A stretch of 64,000 nucleotides of DNA, taken from Selaginella moellendorffii (lineage: Eukaryota > Plantae > Lycopodiophyta). Shown here one piece after another: positions 57,194 to 64,000 of this stretch. The notes beneath the pieces were generated by a model that saw only the letters and a list, made by a program, of their open reading frames with translations, did not search any database and was not told where the DNA came from. Within the stretch, counting starts at the first letter, position 1. Every line of letters starts with the position of its first letter. A program made the translations under genes and the position numbers. Location: NCBI RefSeq assembly GCF_000143415.4, contig NW_003314261.1, positions 2,060,117 to 2,124,116 of the forward strand. The letters run 5' to 3'.

Positions 57194-59330
57194 ATGGAGG
57201 ATTGCTGCGCTGTGTGTGCCGAGCCGCTGGAGTGGATCGCCTACGGCGGTTGCGGCCACCGGGAAGTGTGCGCTACATGCACCGCTAGGCTGAGGGTCGT
57301 GCTCGATGATAAGCGCTGTTGCATATGCAAACAGGAGTGTCCATTCGTCTTCGTCACAAAGGTGAGATTTTTTCTTTGGTTTCTTCTCGATAGCGAGCTC
57401 ACAGAGTAGAGATTCTTGCGTAGGCTCTCGGGGACTATACCAAAGTGGTGTCGGACTTTAGCTCCTTGTCCACTGGCCACCAAAGTGGCAACCTTTGGTT
57501 CGAGGCGGACATTGGGGCTTACTTTGACGACGAGGATGAATACAAGAGGATCAAAGCTATGTGCCGCCTCCAGTGCAAAGTTTGCGAGGCTGCCACTGCC
57601 GCTACTCCTCCTGTCAATGGAGCTGTTCGAGCTGGCCACGTCTTTAGAAACCTGGATACTCTTCGACGCCACATCTTCTCGGCGCACAGGCTCATCATGT
57701 GTTCGCTGTGCTTGGAAGGCCGTAAGGTACTGCAACTTGGATGTTGTGTGAGTGTGCTAAAGTTTTCCTCTCCTCTTTGCAGGTGTTCATTCAGGATCAA
57801 AAGCTGTATACCAAGCCACAGCTCGAGCGCCATTCTTCTAGAGGAGATTCTGTCGTGGATGGGAATGAGGAGGAGCGAGGTGGCTTCACGGGCCATCCTA
57901 TGTGTGCCTTTTGTACCAGGAGGTTTTATAGTGACAACGAGCTCTACCACCACATGTCCACGGAACATTTTACGTGCCATCTTTGCCAGAGGTAAACGTG
58001 TCCACCTTTGGTGCGGCTTCTCATTTTCTCATTGTGTATCCAATGCAGGTTGAGGCCTGGACAATTTGATTATTATGAAAACTACGACGACTTGGAGGTA
58101 GGAAAGCTCACCTCATTGAGACGTCACTAGTGAGTGTCCTTTTTCTACAGAGTCACTTTCGGAATGAGCATGCTCTTTGCGAAGATCCTGACTGCCTTGC
58201 GAAAAAGTTTGTTGTGTTTGCTTCCGAGCAAGAATTGAAGGTGAGCGTAAGAGATTGTGTCGTCTACTTTAGACTTAAGTTACGTCGTTTAGGTTCACAA
58301 TGCCAAAGAGCATGGAGGGAGTCTGACGCGTGCTCAGCGAAACGCAGCGCTGAAGGTGAAGTTTGTCCGCATGTATTTCGTCTGCGCCGTAGCTCATGGT
58401 GTCAAATTCCAGATTCCTGTTAGTTATCAGTTTCGACGTTCTCCAGGCCAACAAGCTTCAGAGCGTGGAAGAAGCTCGTACTATAGAGGCAACCGAGGGA
58501 ATGACTTGAATGCCGAACTCTTGTCTTCGCCTCCCAGGGAGACCGTTGTCCCGCTCGCATCCGAAGACACTGATACCTCCGCTGTGGCAAACAACCCCGC
58601 GCACTTCCCCGCGCTTGCTCCATCCGAAAGTGTTGCAGCAAGCGCAAGCACTAGAGAGAACACCGACAGCGCGAGGTGGTATCGTACTGCGTTACACGGC
58701 GGAGGCCGCTCATCTCTCAACGAGTCGGCGTTTCCGCCATTACCTGGAGCAGCTCAGCCGCAGCATTCTCGGCAGCAGAGCCAGCGTCCGTTGGCTTCGC
58801 TCATCGCGGCCGGAGGGGCCGGTGGAAAGAAAGTCAAGGTTCTCAATGCAAAGCAGCGAGCTGTTCCCGAGACTCGCCCCCCCGAAAGTCGAGCGATCAT
58901 CACTCTAAATCCTTCCGAGTATCCGGAGCTGCAAGCCGGCCACTCGAGTAGTGCTCTCGCTGGGCGCGGACCTCCACTGGGTGGCCCCGGCGCTGGCGCC
59001 GGAGGTGGTGGAGGTGGACCTTCTCACTCGAGCAGCAGCAGTGCCGTGGTACGTCCTGCCAGTGCCGACGTCGTCCAGTTGAGCATGGACGAGATACGAG
59101 CTGCAACAAAAGTCTTGATAGAGGAGATACGATCCCACTTGAAAGGCAATGAAGACGAGTTCGCAAAGTTCAAGGAGGTACACTCGCAGTTTCGAAGCGG
59201 GGAACTGAGCGCCAAGTCATACTACGATCAGGTGGCGAAGCTCGGCTTGTCAAACATTCTTCCGGAGCTGGCTCGACTGTGTCCGGACCGAAGGAAGCAG
59301 GAGGAGCTGCTGGACGTGATGAAACAAGTC

Positions 59331-59361
<31 letters not shown>

Positions 59362-59954
59362 AGAAACCAAGGAATGGATACAGGGACCCGAGCGGCGACG
59401 GCGCAGCCAGACGAAGAGAAAAGCAGGCAGCAGTGGAGGAGGACGTGGAAGTTCTTTCCACGGACGGCTACCGTAGAAAGGGAGGGAGTGGGACAAGTTC
59501 GTCATTCCTGGCGTTACCTTCGTCGTTCCCTTCGTTGTCATCGTCGTCGTCGCCGTCACTCTCGGTGCTGTACAAAGCCAAAGCCGAAGCTCCTCCCGGT
59601 ACGTCGGATTGGAGCTGCGAGACGTGCACGCTGGTAAACCCGTGGAGCAGCGTCCACTGCGCTGCTTGCGGAGCTGGGAAGCCGCTCCATCAGCCGGGTG
59701 GAAACAGCAGCAGCGGTAACGATGTGATCAAAGAGGCTGTGGATACGAAGAAGAAGAAGAAGGTGCCAAAGTTTCTCAGGAACAGGCTTGGCTCAGACGT
59801 GGAGGAGGAAGAGACCAGTGCTACTAGTGCTGTGGAAGAAGTACCGGCTGGTGCTACTACTGCTAGTACGACTCGTGGGGCGTGGAGAAACGGTGGTGGC
59901 CATCGCTTGCTAGCTGTGACATCATCCTCGTCACAGAGTAATCAGGTTGGGTGA
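57194..59954 (+). CDS. HEL2: HEL2/ZNF598-like RING plus C2H2 E3 ubiquitin ligase (ribosome quality control), multi-exon
   Basis: RING CAVCAE....AYG.CGH.EVC..C..RLR.....CC.CK; GGFTGHPMC.FC..RFY; C2H2 array; FPPL motifs; C-terminal RanBP2-type finger WSCETCTLVN.....C.ACG. Confidence 0.9.
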
Positions 59955-60436
59955 GCATTTCTCTTGGTTTTTCTTTTGTTGGCATCTCTTTTTCTTCTAA
60001 TGCCACACAGAGAGAAATGAGGACGAGGGAAAAAAGAGCAAAGAAAGAGGAACCAGACAGAGCAGGCTTTTTGAAGGATCAAATTCATGCTAGCTAAAGT
60101 TCTAAAGTTCCATTGGATGGATTATGGATTGCTCGTGCTTTTTTTTGGGAGATGAAGAGAGGAGGTGGACAACGGCTGTAGGCGGAATAAAATGTTAGGA
60201 TGGGAGGAGATTTGAGAGATCGATGGGATTCTAAGGTGGAAGCTTTTCCTTTTCTAAAAGTTGATTGATAGTATATATTTTGTGTTATGTGCCTATACTT
60301 ACCTGGACGGATCATATATGTTCGCTCATAGTATATATATATATATATATTATATGTATGCCATCTTTTCTTCTAATATTTGCAACAAAAGAATGGCTAG
60401 GACCAAAGTTTGTCTTAAAATTTGGCTGTGTTTGTT

Positions 60437-62747
60437 CTACTCTTCGCTGCACAGTCCTTGGCACTTCTCCTTGCATCTCCTGAGCTCCTTGCGAAAAAAC
60501 AAAGGTAGTGTTGGTAATAAAATCAAGTTGGAGAGAGCTTTTTTGTAGAGATTCTCTTTTTCTCTTTTGTTCTTCTGTGTTTATACCTCTTTCATCTGTT
60601 CAATTTTCTCCTTGAGCTGCTTCATGTATTCCATTGCATGGTTGAGCATGTCTGCTGTGTTGGTTTGCTGGGCAAAGTTGTAAAATTATATTAAACTTGA
60701 GAAAGGAAATCCACTGAACCTTGTCCATGTTTGGGACGAGATCATGCAGGCGCTTGATTCCCTCGCTGATCTTGGTCCTGCGAACCTGCAGCCACGGAAG
60801 CCACGGAGATCAGAGGCTGAATTCATTCGTGCGCCTCGAAAACAAAAGCAGGTAATCTCTAGTTCTTCCCAATCTTTGCGCAAAGATTGGGAAGAACTAG
60901 AGGGTGGTGGAAGGAGAACGCTCTGGAAGGTGATTCTGTAATGGAGGTTGCGGAAGATCGACTTACTCGCTCTGCGACGCTGCGGGGATGAGTGGCGCAT
61001 CCCCGCCGGGCTCGCAGCTTGCAGGGCACCGAATCCTGCAGCTCCTTCCGCAGGCTGAGGTGCCGCGAGAGCACCAGCGCCGGGTGCTCCAAGCCGCACT
61101 GATCCTGCAGAAACCTCCAGCCACTTAGAACCACGAAGCCTGGCATCCAAGCACTCCAGCCATCGACTTGGAGCTAAGAAGTAAACACAAGTAAAAAAGA
61201 AAAGAAGTCACTGAAGAGGAATGGTGGCAATCAAACACCCGACAAACTTTGGTGTGAATTCGCACAAGAACACGCACGGAGGAGCCGAATCTATAATCTA
61301 TACAGAATACAAGAGGATCAAACGAGAAAGAGCGAATAACAACAAGAAAACGAAGTCCCGGAGTCTTGGTGTTTGGAGCCAAAGAGAAATTTAAGAACAA
61401 ATAAAAAGGAGAGAGTGCACTGAACCTGTAGATACGCCTCCAGATACACACACACACACACACCAGAGAATGAAGCAGTGAAATTCATGCAGGACTGACA
61501 AATATATGCTGTATAAACAAAGAACAAAGAACCACAAAAGCCAGATTTCCAGCGAAGAACACGAAGAACAATCGGACACTCACTCACCTCGTCGCAGTAG
61601 CCAATCTCCTCGGCGAATTGCTGTTGCTGCTGCTCCACCACCTGATCCGATTCTCGAAGCCGCTTCCTGCTCGAGGCCACCTGATCGTGCATGGTCATGA
61701 TCAAGGCCCCGCCGCCGCCGCCACCTCCGCCGCCACCACCGCCGCCATCCCAGCTCCCATCTCCTCCTCCTCCGCCGCCGAGCTCCACGTTAACGCCAGG
61801 AATTCTGGACGCCGAGAGGCTGTCGCTACTGGATCGCGCCAGCGGTTGCAACAACGCGGGGATGACCAAGCTCGCGGCGGCGGCAGCGGCAGCGGCGTGG
61901 TGGGCGGAGTGGTGGTGGTGATGGTGGTGGTGGTGGTGATCGCTGGGACTGGAAATGTTGCTACTCTCTCCGCCGCCGCCCCGGCTGGCCATTCCCTCGA
62001 CAAGCTTGGAGAGGAGATCGGCGGGGGAGCTCTTTTGCTTCACCAGCGCGAGCCCGCCACACTCGGCGGCGGCGGCGGCGAACAATGGATTGGTGCTGGC
62101 GGCGGTGGGATCGTCGTCGAGGTCCTGCGGATGAATCATCGCTGCCGCTCGCTGCGCATCGAATCCATGACTCGCCAGTGCTGCTGCCGCGGCCGCGGGG
62201 TCGAACGCGTGGTGATCGATCAGAGGCATGAAGTGGTGGTGGTGGAGCGATGATCCGCCCGGCGACGCCGAGGACCCGCCGCCTCTAGCCCCGCCGCCTC
62301 CTCCGCCGCCGCCGCTGCCTATCACGGCCGAGGAGGACGAGGGAAGGTTCAAATTGCTGCCTCCGCGGCTCCTCTCCAATTCGTGCGCCTGTTCTTGGTG
62401 GTGGTGGACGCGAAACGCGAGTGGGATCATCCCTCCCGCGGCCTGCTGCTGCGCGGAGGAGTGGTGAGCCTCGTATGAGTCCTGATGATCATACTGCTGT
62501 TGCCCGGCGCTGTCGATGCCTGATCCCATCCTCGCCAAGGCCACGCTTTGCATGCTACCATTGCTGCTAGAAACCCCAGCTCCTCCTCCCCCTCCTCCTT
62601 GATCCCGGGAGCCATTGCCGGTTCCTCCAGCTCCTCCAGCTCCAGCTCCAGCTCCATCCAGGCTGAAAATCTCGTTGGTGATGCTCATATTGATGTTGAT
62701 GCTGTTCATGTCTAGATGCTGGTGGGGGATGACTTGGTGGTGAGTGA

Positions 62748-62783
<36 letters not shown>

Positions 62784-63099
62784 GGGGACCAGGATCCATG
62801 AGGCTGCAAAGCAAAGATCCAGGAGCAGAATGGTACCTCATCAGGCTTTGCTGCTGCTGCTGTTGCTGCTGCTGGGATTGCTGTGTTTGCTGCTGTTGCT
62901 GCTGATGGAGATGGTGGTGGTGGTGGTGGTGATGGAGCTGCTGCTGATGGTCATGGTGAAAGATCAAGCGGCTCTCATTGGCGGCCTTGGAGGAGCGCGC
63001 GTCTACTGTAGAAGAAGTGGTAGTCGCAGTAGTAGTAATGCTGCTACCGAGACCACGATCCGCAGCAGCAGCAGCAGCAGCAGCGGCAGAAGGCTCCAT
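60437..63099 (-). CDS. bHLH transcription factor, subfamily IX (FBH/AKS-like), multi-exon, poly-Q/H/G-rich
   Basis: LMRYHSAPGSLL; LVKQKSSPADLL; VPCKLRARRGCATHPRSVAER|VRRTKISEGIKRLHDLVPNMDK|QTNTADML..A.EYMK.L; probable last exon ELRRCKEKCQGLCSEE. Confidence 0.9.
60857..60902. repeat. Perfect 46-bp palindrome in a bHLH intron
   Basis: CTCTAGTTCTTCCCAATCTTTGC|GCAAAGATTGGGAAGAACTAGAG, with no spacer and no mismatch. Confidence 0.97.
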
Positions 63100-64000
63100 T
63101 GGGTAGAGATTATATTATTTTCTTTACCCGAAAAAAAAACACACACACACACACACACACAGAAGGAAAAGAAAGAAGAAAGAGCAGTAAAAAAAAGGAG
63201 AGAGAGAAAAGGAAAGGAAAGAAAAACGCGCTCAAACTTTGAAGTGATCTTTGGAGGTAGAAACCATGGATGAGACGTCCACCGATCGGTGAAATTGCGT
63301 CTCTAGGCACCTGTGGAATCGGCCAAATTGCCCGCTGCAAATAATTCCTCGTTTTGCTTTTTTTCCTTCCTTTTGTAGCTTCTAAATGCTGCTGCTGCTG
63401 CTCCAACAAGAGAGAGATCGATCGAGTGATTCCATGACTCAAATCTACTTCTTGTCGAGGAGAAACTGAGCGAGGCCTAGTTGAAGCCACACTTAGATTT
63501 GTTCTCGAGAGTCTCGCAGTAGAAAAGGAGAGAGAGAGAAAGACCACTATGGTCACGCATCGAGTCAGTAGCCATATCCAATCCTTGTGGGACTGTTCCT
63601 CGGAATAGCTGTGAAAACAAGCCACGGATAAAAGCCCATGGGGAAAGGGAAAGAGAAGAACTGCTTCTTCTTCTTCTTCTACAAGCTCTCCTCTACGCAA
63701 TCGTATTTAAATTTCTATCAAATGGCCTACACAATCTCTACACTAGACTCTATGCGCCGCAAAGAAAACTCCTCTCCAATCCATGTTTTTCCCTGTACAC
63801 TCTAGGAGCTTCTACTACTTAGAGTTCCAAAGTTTTGATTGATCATGGAAAACATACCAAAACAATCTGACAATGGGCATCAAAGGGTCAGTAAGTGAGT
63901 GACACAACTTAGTACTGAGATTTTTTCCTTCCCTTTCTCCCTTTTTCTTAAAAAAAAAAGGCTATTTTTTTTCCTGGACTATTTTATTCCAGATTTCTCT

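Noticed and set aside
61700-63090. Poly-Q/H/G/A codon runs in the bHLH exon
   Set aside because: Ordinary low-complexity tracts of a transcription factor.

Overview
This is eukaryotic plant nuclear DNA. The very short introns (mostly ~50-80 nt), intergenic gaps of a few hundred bp, a PLS/E-class PPR gene built from tandem ~31-aa motifs and a ciliary SPATA17-like gene all point to a compact-genome, flagellated-sperm land plant, most likely the lycophyte Selaginella (inference). About 17 protein-coding genes can be reconstructed: euAP2, eIF(iso)4G, PPR, ABCI11, PLAT, AAA-ATPase, BAG6/CIP73-like, CTF7, CYP37, SPATA17-like, SH3P2, a WD40-like conserved protein, gamma-CAL, GC6/USO1, PM-ANT1-like, NRPB7, HEL2/ZNF598 and a subfamily-IX bHLH. 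AT-rich TE islands hold a decayed 4.26-kb Ty3/gypsy element with short LTRs, further LTR remnants of that family and a pair of inverted LTRs from a second family. The most interesting non-coding signals are: (1) a tandem array of pre-miRNA-like hairpins between the PPR and ABCI11 genes, whose copy differences preserve pairing; (2) a perfect 46-bp palindrome in a bHLH intron; (3) a reciprocally decayed tandem duplication across the gamma-CAL/GC6 boundary. All exon structures were read by eye and no database searches were run.
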